A stretch of DNA of 64,000 bases from Collinsella sp. (GCA_048318985.1 DBFEBE010000082.1:3330-67329); one strand, 5' to 3'; positions 1 to 10,520 are shown, numbered from the stretch's first letter. The notes: a model not told the origin generated them from the letters alone. Translations and numbers: made by a program.

Positions 1-811
1 CGCCCGGAACATCGAACCCGCGCTCCGTGAGCGCCTTCATGGCGCCGATGGCGAGCGCGTCGTTCTCGGCGAAAAACGCCGTGGGCATCTCCGGCATGGT
101 GTCGAGCCAGGCGAGCATGTCGTGATAGGCGTTCTGCATCGAATCGGTGGAAAGCGATACGCGCCAGCGCAGGTTGACGGGGAGGCCCGCCTCGGTGAGG
201 GCGCGCGCATAGCCGCGTTCGCGCAGGGGGAAGTTGCGGATGCGCAGGCTGCCCGCGATATAGCCAATCTTGGTGTGCCCGCGGTTGATGAGGTAGTTCA
301 CGGCGCGATGGGCCGAGCCCTCGTTGGTGAACACGATGGAATCGAAGAAGTGGTTATCGCTCACGCCGTCGACGATGGCGAGGGGTACCTTGGGGTTGGC
401 GAACAGGTCGTAGTCGCGCTGGATCATCTCCGTGCCGAGCAGGATGATGCCCGAGCTGGTGTCGTTCATGAGCGCGGCGATCTCACGCTGCGCGGTTTCG
501 GGCTCGGAAAGCTCGACGGTGGCGTAGGAGGTGGTGAGCCCGTTGAGGCGAGCTTCGTCTTCGACGCCGTTCACCACGGCGAGGCGGAAGGATCCCTCGT
601 CGATCATGCGGCCGGAGTTGCGTCCGATCACGAACTGAACCTGGCGCAGCTTGCTGCTGCGGCGGTACCCCAGATCGGCTGCGAACTTGCGGATCGCGCG
701 GGCGGTCTCCTCGCTGACGCCGCGCTTCCCGTTGAGGGCGTTGGATACGGTGGCGGGGGAGTACCCGGTCTTGCGGCTGATATCGCGTACGCTGACTCTC
801 GTGGAAGACAT
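1..811 (-). CDS. LacI-family transcriptional regulator (3' end runs off the window)
   Basis: Not in the ORF track. Manual minus-strand translation from ATG at 811 gives MSSTRVSVRDISRKTGYSPATVSNALNGKRGVSEETARAIRKFAADLGY, a LacI HTH plus hinge. AGGTG RBS upstream; divergent from the sugar ABC operon. Confidence 0.9.
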   Translation of the reverse strand, partial: MSSTRVSVRDISRKTGYSPATVSNALNGKRGVSEETARAIRKFAADLGYRRSSKLRQVQFVIGRNSGRMIDEGSFRLAVVNGVEDEARLNGLTTSYATVELSEPETAQREIAALMNDTSSGIILLGTEMIQRDYDLFANPKVPLAIVDGVSDNHFFDSIVFTNEGSAHRAVNYLINRGHTKIGYIAGSLRIRNFPLRERGYARALTEAGLPVNLRWRVSLSTDSMQNAYHDMLAWLDTMPEMPTAFFAENDALAIGAMKALTERGFDVPG

Positions 812-1109
812 CTTGAACACCTACTGACTAAACAAATGCAAAACACTGATTAGAGTCTATGTACATTATGGCATGCCGGGGCAGGGCATCCGGTGAACGG
901 CAAGTATGTCTGATTAAACGGGGGGACCGCGTGTCCCCCTATAGAACAAACCCCGTCTGATAATGGAATAAGCAAAGGTCAGGCAAATACTTTGCCATTG
1001 TTTAGCTATCACTTTTATGAAATGCTGTTCACGGAGAAACAACGACCGTTTGCGTCAGTTAAGCGCTGGACTATTAGCAGATTGGCATATAAAAGTTTTG
1101 TCGATGTTA

Positions 1110-1125
1110 GGCAAAACGTTTATCA
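1110..1125. promoter_or_regulatory. Putative LacI-type operator GGCAAAACGTTTATCA upstream of the ara operon
   Basis: CG-centred AAAACGTTT palindrome in the AT-rich intergenic region; matches the sites upstream of xfp. Confidence 0.55.
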
Positions 1126-1272
1126 AATGTTCAGTAATACAGAGGCTGAACATATGGCAACCGGAAGCCCGACACAAGCAACCGGCGCACGCCGGAAAAG
1201 GGACATCGGGCATAGCGCCCGGAGCCCGGGGATGGGAGAGATCCTCGGGCGATCATATGGAAGGGGTTTTCC

Positions 1273-2484
1273 ATGAAAGATGTCAGCAGGCGCAACTTCA
1301 TCAAGATGAGCGCTGCCACCGCGGGCCTCGGCCTGGCTGCCGGCCTCACCGGCTGCGGCGGCAACGAGGGTGGCGCCGGCTCCGCCTCCAACGGCGGCGA
1401 CGGCGAGAAGATCAAGATCGGCGTCTCCATCTGGAGCTCCACCGACGCGCTCGGCAAGCTGTCCGTCGAGATCATCGAGAAGGCCGCCGAGATCCTCGGC
1501 GTCGAGATCTCCACGGTCGACCAGGGCCACGTCTCCGAGCAGGTCACCGCTTCCATCGAGACCCTCTGCGCCGCCGGCTGCCAGGGCATCGTCGTCTGCA
1601 ACTCCGCTGACTCCGAGATGACCTCCGCCATCAACACTTGCAACGAGAACGGCGTCTACCTCGCCCAGTTCTACCGCATGATCAACAAGGAGAACTCCGC
1701 CGACGTCTACGCCGTCGCCGAGGCCTCCGAGTACTACGTCGGCGCCGTCCACGAGGACGAGGTCGGCAACGGCGAGAAGCTCGTCGAGCTCCTCTGCTCC
1801 GACAACGACCAGGCCTACGAGGGCATCCAGAAGGGCGCCCGCAACATCAAGCTCGAGGCCTGGACCGTCGGCGACGCCACCTTCCAGGAGCGCTGGAAGG
1901 GCTACAAGTCCGGCGTCGAGAAGTGGAACAAGGAGCACGCGGACGACCCCGTGACCCTGTCCGAGCCGGTCTACGCCAACACCTCCTCCTCCGAGGGCGC
2001 CAACGTCACCCAGCAGTTCTACAACAACGACAAGAGCATGGACGCCCTGATCGTCGCCGGCGGCGGCGGCGACCCGCTGGTCGGCTCCGTGGGCCAGCTC
2101 AAGAACATGGGCCTCACCGGCAAGATCCGCGTCGCCTCCACCGACTTCCTGGACGACCTCAAGGAGCAGCTCGAGACCGGCGGCATGTACTGCGAGTCCG
2201 GCGGCCACTTCTGCGACCCGCTCTACGCTTTCCTGATGGTCTACAACGCCATCAAGGGCAAGGAGGGCTTCGTCCCGACCGCGGGCAACTTCGGCTGCGA
2301 GATCAAGTTCCCGTACGTCTTCGTTTCCTCCGTCGCCGAGTACGAGGATTACGAGAAGTACTTCGTCGAGGACGCCCCCTACACCGATGACGAGATCGCC
2401 GATCTGGCCGAGCTCGACTTCGATGCCCTGAATGAGGCCGCGACCTCCCTGTCCATCGAGGACGTCAAGGAGCGCCACGCCTAA
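1273..2484 (+). CDS. Sugar ABC transporter substrate-binding lipoprotein (probably L-arabinose), Tat-type signal
   Basis: SRRNFIK twin-arginine motif and LTGC lipobox; RbsB/AraF-like binding protein; first gene of the ABC + ara operon. Confidence 0.85.
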   Translation: MKDVSRRNFIKMSAATAGLGLAAGLTGCGGNEGGAGSASNGGDGEKIKIGVSIWSSTDALGKLSVEIIEKAAEILGVEISTVDQGHVSEQVTASIETLCAAGCQGIVVCNSADSEMTSAINTCNENGVYLAQFYRMINKENSADVYAVAEASEYYVGAVHEDEVGNGEKLVELLCSDNDQAYEGIQKGARNIKLEAWTVGDATFQERWKGYKSGVEKWNKEHADDPVTLSEPVYANTSSSEGANVTQQFYNNDKSMDALIVAGGGGDPLVGSVGQLKNMGLTGKIRVASTDFLDDLKEQLETGGMYCESGGHFCDPLYAFLMVYNAIKGKEGFVPTAGNFGCEIKFPYVFVSSVAEYEDYEKYFVEDAPYTDDEIADLAELDFDALNEAATSLSIEDVKERHA

Positions 2485-2610
2485 TAGCTGGCCCAAGTCA
2501 CCTTCGTCGGGGGCGAGTTCGCGCTGGAACTCGTCCCCGACCTTCTGTAGCAATCGCTTTCGAGTCTTCGCTTCAAAGGAAGATCTATGCACGAGAGAGA
2601 GGAGTGTGCA

Positions 2611-3558
2611 ATGGGATTCCTCGAGAAAGCCAAGAAAAGCCAGTGGTACGGTGTCGGCCTCCTGCTCGTCATCACCGTCCTGTGCTGGGCTGTCTTCAAG
2701 GTTCTGTGCCCCGATACCTTCGGTGCCCCCGATCAGCTGCTCACCTACCTTCAGACCGGCATCATCTACGCCGTCGGCGGATGCGGTCTGTACTTCATCG
2801 TCGTCATGGGCCTGTGGGACTTCTCCATCGGCTCCGTGCTCGTTCTGGCCTGCCTGCTGTCCATCGGCTTCGCGCAGATGTTCGGCTACCCGGGCCTCAT
2901 CATCGCGCCGATCGTCGCGGGCGCCCTCATGGGCGTCGCCAACGGCGCCGCCTACATCAAGCTGCGCATCCCGTCGCTGATCGTCACCGTCGGCCTCTCG
3001 CTGATCTATGAGAGCTTCTCGGTGTTCGCCTCCGACTGGGCTGGCACCCGTCTCCCGGATGCTTACAAGATGTTCGGCTCCTATCCTTGGAATCTCATCG
3101 TGGCCCTCGCCGCGTTCGGCCTCTGCGCCTTCATCCTCAAGTACACGAAGCTCGGCACCTACGTCAACGCGATCGGCGCCAACGAGCTCACCGCCAAGAA
3201 CATGGGCGTGAACGTCGACAAGTACAAGTTCTTCGCGTTCGTCCTGTGCTCCATGTTCGTCGGCATCATGGCCATCCTGTACATCGGCTACGGCACCGCC
3301 CAGACCCCGATGACCGGCATGCTGTCCCAGTCGCTCAACTTCAAGCCGCTCATGGGCACCTTCTTCGCCCTGGCGTTTCGCAAGTACGGCCACCCCGTCG
3401 TCTCCGTCGTCATCGGCGAGTTCATCATCGCCATGATGTTCGCCGGCTTCGTCGCGCTGGGCATGCCCGTCACGGTGAACAACATCATCACGGGCGCCAC
3501 GCTGCTCATCATCGTCTGCATCACCACCAAGCGCATCAAGGGCGCCGTCGTCAAATAA
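2611..3558 (+). CDS. Sugar ABC transporter permease (RbsC-like)
   Basis: Multi-TM protein with DFSIGS, IPSLIVTVG and AIGANELTAKNMGVN motifs; GAGGAG RBS before ATG 2611. Confidence 0.9.
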   Translation: MGFLEKAKKSQWYGVGLLLVITVLCWAVFKVLCPDTFGAPDQLLTYLQTGIIYAVGGCGLYFIVVMGLWDFSIGSVLVLACLLSIGFAQMFGYPGLIIAPIVAGALMGVANGAAYIKLRIPSLIVTVGLSLIYESFSVFASDWAGTRLPDAYKMFGSYPWNLIVALAAFGLCAFILKYTKLGTYVNAIGANELTAKNMGVNVDKYKFFAFVLCSMFVGIMAILYIGYGTAQTPMTGMLSQSLNFKPLMGTFFALAFRKYGHPVVSVVIGEFIIAMMFAGFVALGMPVTVNNIITGATLLIIVCITTKRIKGAVVK

Positions 3559-3572
3559 GGGAGGGATACACC

Positions 3573-5075
3573 ATGGGTAACAAGCTTCTGCTGCACGCCG
3601 AGAAGATCGACAAGCGCTTCGGCCCCACGCACGCCGTCAAGGAGGTGTCCCTCGATTTCTACGAGGGCGAGATCCACGCGCTGATCGGCGAGAACGGTTC
3701 CGGCAAGTCCACGTTCACCAACATGCTCACGGGCATCCTGCCCATCGGCTCGGGCACCTTCACGCTGTCCGGCGAGCAGGTCGCACCCAAGAACCAGGTC
3801 GACGCCAACCACCACGGCATCGCCATCGTCGTCCAGGAGACGGGCACCCTGTCCGGCCTCACCGTCGCCGAGAACATGTTCCTGGGCGATGAGGACCAGT
3901 TCATCAAGAACGGCCTCAAGGACACCCGCGCCATGAACAAGAAGGCCCAGGAGCTGCTCGACGCCTACGGCCTGTCCTACATCAAGGCCACGAGCGCCGT
4001 CGACATGTACAACTTCGAGGACCGCAAGCTCGTCGAGATCGTGCGCTCCACCTACTTCGATCCGAAGATCCTGGTCGTCGACGAGACCACCACGGCCCTG
4101 TCCCAGTCCGGCCGCGACAAGTTGTTCGAGGTCATGCGCGACGTGCGCGCCAAGGGCCACTGCGTCATCTTCATCAGCCACGACATGGCCGAGGTCATGG
4201 ACATGTCCGACCGCATCTCCATCCTGCGCGACGGCGACTTCATCACGACCGTCGACGTGAGCGAGGTCGATGAGGACAAGCTCAAGACCCTGATGGTCGG
4301 CCGCGAGATGGGCGACCACTACTACCGCACCGACTACCCCGACTACGCCAACGAGCCCGTGGGCGACGTCGCCGTATGCATGGAGAAGGTCTCCGTCCTC
4401 GGCGAGCTCGACGAGGTCTCCCTCACGCTGCACCGCGGAGAGATCCTGGGCATCGGCGGCCTGTCCGAGTGCGGCATGCACGAGGTCGGCAAGGCGATCT
4501 TCGGCGCGTCCTACGACCGCACCGGCACGGTGAAGCTGGGCGACGGCACCGAGATCAACGACATCAACACCGCCATCGACCACTCCATCGCGTACGCCTC
4601 CAAGGACCGCGACCACGAGAGCCTGCTCATCAACGACACCATCGAGGACAACATCACGCTGCCCTCCATGCGCGACATGGGAACCGTGCTCTCCGACAAG
4701 AAGCTGCACGACTTCGCGCAGAAGTACGCCGAGATCATGTCCACCAAGATGGTCGGCGTGAACCAGTACGTCTCCGCGCTGTCCGGCGGCAACAAGCAGA
4801 AGGTCGTGCTTGCGCGCTGGCTCGGCAAGCAGTCCGACATCCTGGTGCTCGACTCGCCCACCCGCGGCATCGACATCAAGGTCAAGGCTGCCATCTACGC
4901 CCTCATGGAGGACATGCGCAAGCAGGGCAAGGCCATCCTCATCATCTCCGAGGAGATCATGGAGCTGATCGGCATGTGCGATCGCATCCTGGTCATGAAG
5001 GACGGCAAGGTCAACGGTGAGCTTCTCCGCAGCCCCGAGCTGTGCGAGCAGGACCTCATCTCCAAGATGGTTTAA
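3573..5075 (+). CDS. Sugar ABC transporter ATP-binding protein (RbsA/MglA-like, double ATPase)
   Basis: Walker A GENGSGKST, LSGGNKQKV signature, DSPTRGID; GGAGGG RBS before ATG 3573. Confidence 0.93.
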   Translation: MGNKLLLHAEKIDKRFGPTHAVKEVSLDFYEGEIHALIGENGSGKSTFTNMLTGILPIGSGTFTLSGEQVAPKNQVDANHHGIAIVVQETGTLSGLTVAENMFLGDEDQFIKNGLKDTRAMNKKAQELLDAYGLSYIKATSAVDMYNFEDRKLVEIVRSTYFDPKILVVDETTTALSQSGRDKLFEVMRDVRAKGHCVIFISHDMAEVMDMSDRISILRDGDFITTVDVSEVDEDKLKTLMVGREMGDHYYRTDYPDYANEPVGDVAVCMEKVSVLGELDEVSLTLHRGEILGIGGLSECGMHEVGKAIFGASYDRTGTVKLGDGTEINDINTAIDHSIAYASKDRDHESLLINDTIEDNITLPSMRDMGTVLSDKKLHDFAQKYAEIMSTKMVGVNQYVSALSGGNKQKVVLARWLGKQSDILVLDSPTRGIDIKVKAAIYALMEDMRKQGKAILIISEEIMELIGMCDRILVMKDGKVNGELLRSPELCEQDLISKMV

Positions 5076-5090
5076 GGAGGCGAAACTGAT

Positions 5091-6062
5091 ATGACGACTA
5101 CCAAGGAGGCGGCCGCGACCGCCGAGGAGAAGAAGAAGGGCTTCGACTTCTCCGCCATTCGCAACTTCCTGCCGCTTATCGGTTTCGTGGTTATCGTGGC
5201 GTTCTTCGCCATCACCACGCACGGGCTCATTCTGACGCCCAAGAACATCACGCTCATCCTGTCCGGCGGCTACATGCTCATGATCGCCGCCTGCGGCGTG
5301 TGGCTCATCATGACGATGGGCTGCCTGGACTTCTCCCAGGGCTCCATGCTCGGCGTCTCCTGCGCCGCGGTGTGCGCGCTGTCCCACATCAGCATCCCGC
5401 TCGCCATCGTGGGCGGCATCGTGGTGGGTGCGCTCATCGGCGCCGTCAACGCCTACTTCCACGTCAACCGTCAGATCCAGTCCTTCGTGGTCACGATCTG
5501 CATGATGTTCCTGCTCCGCGGCGTCTGCGCCTTCATCACCACCGAGGCGCCGGTCATGGCCGATACCGCCGTGCTCCAGCTCAACAGCATGCCGCTGCTC
5601 ATGGGCATCACCATCGCGGTGCTCATCGTCACCTACCTCGTGACCCGCTTCACCAAGGTCGGTCACAACCTCAAGGCCATCGGCGCCAACGAGCGCGCCG
5701 CCCGCTTCGCCGGCATCAAGGTGCAGAAGACCAAGGTCCTCGTGTACGTCATCGCCGGCGCCATCACGGGCTTCGCCGCCTTCGTGAACGCCATCAAGGT
5801 CGGTTCGGTCACCTCCACCGCGGGCAACATGTTCGAGACCCAGCTGCTCATCGCCATGGTCCTCGGCGGCATGCCCATCAACGGCGGCGCCCGCGCCCGC
5901 TTCTCCAACATCGTGATCGGCGTGCTGTCCTACCTCGTGCTGCAGAAGGGCCTCGTCATGATGGGCCTCACCACCGAGATCCAGCAGCTGGTCATGGGCG
6001 TCGTCTTCGTGGCCATGGTCGCGCTGTTCTCCGAGCGCTCGGCCAACCAGGTCATCAAGTAG
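5091..6062 (+). CDS. Sugar ABC transporter permease (second)
   Basis: Hydrophobic; LDFSQGS, AIGANERAARFAGI and VLGGMPINGG motifs. Confidence 0.9.
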   Translation: MTTTKEAAATAEEKKKGFDFSAIRNFLPLIGFVVIVAFFAITTHGLILTPKNITLILSGGYMLMIAACGVWLIMTMGCLDFSQGSMLGVSCAAVCALSHISIPLAIVGGIVVGALIGAVNAYFHVNRQIQSFVVTICMMFLLRGVCAFITTEAPVMADTAVLQLNSMPLLMGITIAVLIVTYLVTRFTKVGHNLKAIGANERAARFAGIKVQKTKVLVYVIAGAITGFAAFVNAIKVGSVTSTAGNMFETQLLIAMVLGGMPINGGARARFSNIVIGVLSYLVLQKGLVMMGLTTEIQQLVMGVVFVAMVALFSERSANQVIK

Positions 6063-6191
6063 CCAATCGCCATCCCCCTTCGGGCCGCTCCTCTCCGGGC
6101 GGCCCGGGGCGCGGCGGGGCATCCCCCTGTTCTCGCCGCGCCCCACTCTCCATATTCGGTACATCCGCTAGCGAGGCAAAAGGAGCCACGT

Positions 6192-7688
6192 ATGCTAGAG
6201 ATCAAGAAATACAAGTTCTATTTCTGCCCCTGCACCCAGGACCTGTACGGTGACGCGGTGCTCGAGCACGTCCAGCAGCACTCCGCCGAGGTCGTCGCCG
6301 CGCTCAACGCGTCCGATAAGGTCCCGTTCGAGGTCGTGCTCAAGCCCAACCTGATCACGAGCGACGTCATCCAGGCCACCTTCAACGAGGCCAACATGGA
6401 CCCCGAGTGCGCCGGCATCATCACCTGGGCCCACACCTTCTCGCCCTCCAAGTCCTACATCCACGGTCTGCAGGACCTGCGCAAGCCGCTGTGCCAGTTC
6501 GCCACGCAGTACAACGAGGAGATCCCGTACGACTCCATCGACATGGACTTCATGAACGAGAACCAGGCTGCTCACGGTGAGCGCGAGCTGGGTCACATCT
6601 TCGCCCGCATGCGCTGGGAGCACAAGGTCATCTTCGGCTACTGGAAGGACGAGGCCGTCCTGGCCGAGCTCGGCGCCTGGCAGCGCGTCGCGGTGGGTAT
6701 CAACGAGAGCCGCAACATCCGCGTCTGCCGCTTCGCCGACACCATGCGCAACGTCGCGGTGACCGACGGCGACAAGATCGAGGCCGAGCAGAAGTTCGGC
6801 TGGACCGTCGACGCCTGGCCCGTGAACGAGCTCGTCCCCTATGTGGACGCCGTCACCCCCGCCGAGATCGCCGCGCTGACCGACGAGTATTACGACACCT
6901 ACGACCTGGTGCTCGACGGCCGTGACGCCGACGAGTTCCGCCGTCACGTCGAGGTCCAGGCCCAGCAGGAGATCGGCATCGAGCGCTTCCTGGTTGAGCA
7001 CGGCTACAACGCGTTCTCCGACCACTTCGGCGACCTGGGCGGCCTGAAGCAGCTCCCGTCCCTGGCCATCCAGCGCCTCATGCAGAAGGGCTACGGCTTC
7101 GGTCCCGAGGGCGACTGGAAGACCCCTGCGATGGTGCGCCTCATGAAGGTCATGACCGCCGGCGACCCGAACGCCAAGGGCTCCGCCCTCATGGAGGACT
7201 ACACCTACAATCTCGTCCCGGGCAAGGAGGGCATCCTCGAGTCCCACATGTCCGAGGTCGACCCCTCCATGGCCGACGGCAAGATCGCCATCCGCGCCAC
7301 CCCGCTCTCCATGGGCGATCGTGAGGACCCGGCGCGCCTGATCTTCACCTCCAAGACCGGTCCGGCGATCGCGACCTCCCTGATCGACCTGGGCAACCGC
7401 TTCCGCCTGATCATTCAGGACGTCGACTGCAAGACCGTCGAGAAGCCGATGCCGATGCTCCCGACCGGCACCATGTTCTGGACCCCGCGCCCCAACCTCA
7501 AGGTGGGCACCGAGGCCTGGATCTACGCCGGCGGCGCGCACCACACCGCCGTCTCCTTCGACCTGACCGCCGACCAGATGGTCGACTGGGCCGACGCCAT
7601 GGGCATCGAGTCCGTGGTGATCGACGCCAACACCAACATCCGCGATTTCAAGCGCGATCTGAAGCTGGGCGAGGTCTACTACCGCTAA
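6192..7688 (+). CDS. araA: L-arabinose isomerase
   Basis: 498 aa; HTFSP, NQAAHG, MRNVAVTDGDK, GFGPEGDWK, MEDYTY and GGAHHT motifs. Confidence 0.95.
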   Translation: MLEIKKYKFYFCPCTQDLYGDAVLEHVQQHSAEVVAALNASDKVPFEVVLKPNLITSDVIQATFNEANMDPECAGIITWAHTFSPSKSYIHGLQDLRKPLCQFATQYNEEIPYDSIDMDFMNENQAAHGERELGHIFARMRWEHKVIFGYWKDEAVLAELGAWQRVAVGINESRNIRVCRFADTMRNVAVTDGDKIEAEQKFGWTVDAWPVNELVPYVDAVTPAEIAALTDEYYDTYDLVLDGRDADEFRRHVEVQAQQEIGIERFLVEHGYNAFSDHFGDLGGLKQLPSLAIQRLMQKGYGFGPEGDWKTPAMVRLMKVMTAGDPNAKGSALMEDYTYNLVPGKEGILESHMSEVDPSMADGKIAIRATPLSMGDREDPARLIFTSKTGPAIATSLIDLGNRFRLIIQDVDCKTVEKPMPMLPTGTMFWTPRPNLKVGTEAWIYAGGAHHTAVSFDLTADQMVDWADAMGIESVVIDANTNIRDFKRDLKLGEVYYR

Positions 7689-7911
7689 GGCGCGACGCAC
7701 GCCGGGCGGTTACGGACACTCACCTTCCCGGCGCGCGAAAGCGTAAGCGCTGGGGCGGCGGCGCGCACACACCGCCGCCCCGCATGTACGGCCGCGCCCC
7801 TGATCGGGGGTGCGGCCCTTCGTTGTTCGATGCGGCCTTGGGCGCCAGTTTTTGGGTGCGTACACGGAAACGGGCGGGACGAGGGCCGATCTACGAGATA
7901 GGGGATTCACC

Positions 7912-9519
7912 ATGGGTAAGACTCGCGAGCAGATCGCGGCCTCCATCGCTGCGGGCGAGGCGTCGCTCGGAATCGAGTACGGCTCGACGCGCATCAAGGC
8001 CGTGCTGGTCGATGTCGACAACGAGCCGATCGCCGTCGGTGCGTTCGATTGGGAGAACTCGCTGGTCGACGGCTACTGGACCTACAGCGAGGAGGAGATC
8101 TTCGCCGGTCTGCGCGCCGCGTACGCCTCGCTCAAAGCCGACGTCGCCGAGAAGTACGGCGTGATGCTGAGCAAGCTCGCGGCGCTCGGCATCTCCGCCA
8201 TGATGCACGGCTACCTGCCGTTCGACGCCGAGGGCAATCTGCTCGTGCCGTTCCGCACCTGGCGCAACACCACGACGACCGAGGCCGCTCGCGAGCTGTC
8301 CGAGCTCTTCTGCTTCCATACCCCGGAGCGCTGGAGCGTTTCGCATATCTACCAGGCCGTTCTGAACGGGGAGGAGCACGTATCCCAGATCGACTTCTTC
8401 ACCACGCTCTCCGGCTTCGCCCACTGCAAGCTCACCGGCGAGAAGGTCCTCTCGATCGGCGACGCCTCCGGCATGTTCCCCATCGATTCGGCCACGCACG
8501 ACTACGACGCCGACATGGTCGCCAAGTTCGACGAGCTCGTCGCGAGCAAGGGCGTCGCCTGGAAGGTCGAGGACCTGCTTCCCCGCATACTCGTCGCGGG
8601 CGACGTCGCCGGTCACCTCACCCCCGAGGGCGCGGCGCTTCTCGATCCCGCCGGCGACCTCGAGCCTGGCTGCCCGGTCTGCCCGCCCGAGGGCGACGCG
8701 GGGACCGGCATGATCGCCACGAACGCGGTCGCGCCGCGCACGGGCAACGTGTCGGCCGGCACCTCCGTGTTCTCCATGGTCGTGCTCGAGCATGCGCTCA
8801 AGGACGCCACGAGCCCCGAGATCGATCTCGTCACGACGCCGATGGGCGATCCCGTGGCGATGGTCCACTGCAACAACTGCACTTCCGATATCAACGGCTG
8901 GGTAGGGCTGCTGTGCGATTTCGCCGAGCTCATGGGGGCCGACCTCGACCGCGGTGAGGTCTTCACCAAGCTCTTCGAGTCCGCGCTCTCCGGCGACAAG
9001 GACGCCGGCGGCCTCGTCTCCATCCCGTTCATCTCCGGCGAGACCGTCATGGGCGTCCAGACCGGGTACCCGCTCGTGATGCGCGGCCAGAACTCCGCGT
9101 TCACCATCGCGAACTTCATGCGCATGAACATCATGGCCGCCTTCGGTGCGCTCGCGGCGGGCAACGAGGCCCTGCGCGCGCAGGACGTCAAGATCGACAA
9201 GCTGTACGGCCACGGCGGCATCTTCAAGACCCCGAAGGTCGCGCAGAGCCTGCTCGCCGCCGCGCTCGAGGCGCCCGTGACCGTGATGGCCACTGCGGGC
9301 GAGGGCGGCGCCTGGGGTCAGGCCGTCGCCGCCTCGTACATGGTGCACAAGTCCGAGGGCGAGGCGCTCGACGCCTACCTGAACGACAAGGTGTTCGCCA
9401 ACATGGAGGGCACGACGCTCGAGCCCGACGCCGCGGACGTCGAGGGCTACCGCGCGTTCCTCGCTGCGTTCAAGCGCGCCAACGAGGCCGAGCTCGCGTG
9501 CGAGCGCGCGTTTGCGTAA
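7912..9519 (+). CDS. araB: FGGY carbohydrate kinase, probable L-ribulokinase
   Basis: GIEYGSTRIK, ISAMMHGY, PFRTWRN, GNVSAGTS and GEGGAWG motifs; lies between araA and araD. Confidence 0.85.
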   Translation: MGKTREQIAASIAAGEASLGIEYGSTRIKAVLVDVDNEPIAVGAFDWENSLVDGYWTYSEEEIFAGLRAAYASLKADVAEKYGVMLSKLAALGISAMMHGYLPFDAEGNLLVPFRTWRNTTTTEAARELSELFCFHTPERWSVSHIYQAVLNGEEHVSQIDFFTTLSGFAHCKLTGEKVLSIGDASGMFPIDSATHDYDADMVAKFDELVASKGVAWKVEDLLPRILVAGDVAGHLTPEGAALLDPAGDLEPGCPVCPPEGDAGTGMIATNAVAPRTGNVSAGTSVFSMVVLEHALKDATSPEIDLVTTPMGDPVAMVHCNNCTSDINGWVGLLCDFAELMGADLDRGEVFTKLFESALSGDKDAGGLVSIPFISGETVMGVQTGYPLVMRGQNSAFTIANFMRMNIMAAFGALAAGNEALRAQDVKIDKLYGHGGIFKTPKVAQSLLAAALEAPVTVMATAGEGGAWGQAVAASYMVHKSEGEALDAYLNDKVFANMEGTTLEPDAADVEGYRAFLAAFKRANEAELACERAFA

Positions 9520-9616
9520 CTGTTGATTCGCCGGCAGCGGTTCGTGCCGCTGCCGGCTTCGGCTCGTCTCCGCCCTTGCGGTGCGGTGGCGGGCGCCGAA
9601 GAGAAAGGATGCTCCC

Positions 9617-10336
9617 ATGATGCTGAAGGAGCTGCGCGAGAAGGTCTACGAGGCCAACATGGACCTTCCCAAGCACGGGCTGGTCGTGTTCACCTGGGGC
9701 AATGCCTCCGAGCTCGATCGCGAGAGCGGTCTGTTCGTGATCAAGCCGTCCGGCGTGGACTACGAGGACCTCTCGCCTGAGTCGATGGTCGTGTGCGACC
9801 TCGACGGCAACGTGGTCGAGGGCGATCTCAACCCCTCTTCCGATACCGCGACCCATGCGTACCTGTATCGCAAGTGGGGCGAGGAAATCGGCGGCGTGGT
9901 GCACACGCATTCCTCCTGGGCCGTGTCGTGGGCGCAGGCCGGTCGTGAGATCCCCAGCTACGGCACGACGCACGCCGATTACTTCTACGGGCCGGTCCCC
10001 TGCATGCGGGGCCTCACCGAGGCTGAGATCGAAGAGGCCTACGAGCTCAACACCGGCAAGGTGATCGTCGAGGGGTTCACCGGCGGCACCGGCCAGGCAA
10101 GCATCGATCCCGTCGCGGTGCCCGGATGCCTCGTGCGCAACCACGGTCCCTTCTCCTGGGGCAAGGATGCCGCTGCGGCTGTGTACCATGCGGTTGTGCT
10201 CGAGGAGGTCGCCAAGATGGCGGCGCACACCGAGATGCTTAAGCCCGCGGTCGAGCCGGCTCCTCAGTACTTGCTCGACAAGCACTATCTGCGCAAGCAC
10301 GGGCCCAACGCCTACTACGGACAGGGTAGCCACTAG
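9617..10336 (+). CDS. araD: L-ribulose-5-phosphate 4-epimerase
   Basis: FTWGNAS, IKPSGVDY, PSSDTATH, VHTHS, GTTHADYF and HGPNAYYGQ motifs. Confidence 0.96.
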   Translation: MMLKELREKVYEANMDLPKHGLVVFTWGNASELDRESGLFVIKPSGVDYEDLSPESMVVCDLDGNVVEGDLNPSSDTATHAYLYRKWGEEIGGVVHTHSSWAVSWAQAGREIPSYGTTHADYFYGPVPCMRGLTEAEIEEAYELNTGKVIVEGFTGGTGQASIDPVAVPGCLVRNHGPFSWGKDAAAAVYHAVVLEEVAKMAAHTEMLKPAVEPAPQYLLDKHYLRKHGPNAYYGQGSH

Positions 10337-10379
10337 CTTGTATCCATGGTGCCCGGGATGCACGGTCCCGGCATGGATG

Positions 10380-10414
10380 CGACGGGGGCGCCGGCATAGC
10401 CGGCGCCCCCGTCG
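10380..10414 (+). terminator. GC-rich hairpin after araD
   Basis: CGACGGGGGCGCCGGC-ATA-GCCGGCGCCCCCGTCG perfect stem; no U-tract. Confidence 0.5.
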
Positions 10415-10491
10415 TGCGTGCGGGCCGTGTGCGCCGGACGGTCCGGCAGGTCGGAACACTCTCGGGTTGCAGCTGTCGGTGTCGCAGCCCC

Positions 10492-10520
10492 CTCAATTTA
10501 GGGACAGGCACTTATTTGAG
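10492..10520. repeat. Dispersed REP-like repeat, copy 1 (CTCAATTTAGGGACAGGCACTTATTTGAG)
   Basis: Related copies at 54456-54484 and, inverted, at 54568-54597. Confidence 0.7.

Noticed and set aside
122..853. 243-aa plus-strand ORF at the window start
   Set aside because: Antisense shadow of the minus-strand LacI gene.
2505..2541. Strong hairpin after the sugar-binding protein gene
   Set aside because: Ordinary intercistronic stem typical of ABC operons that boosts binding-protein mRNA; not novel.
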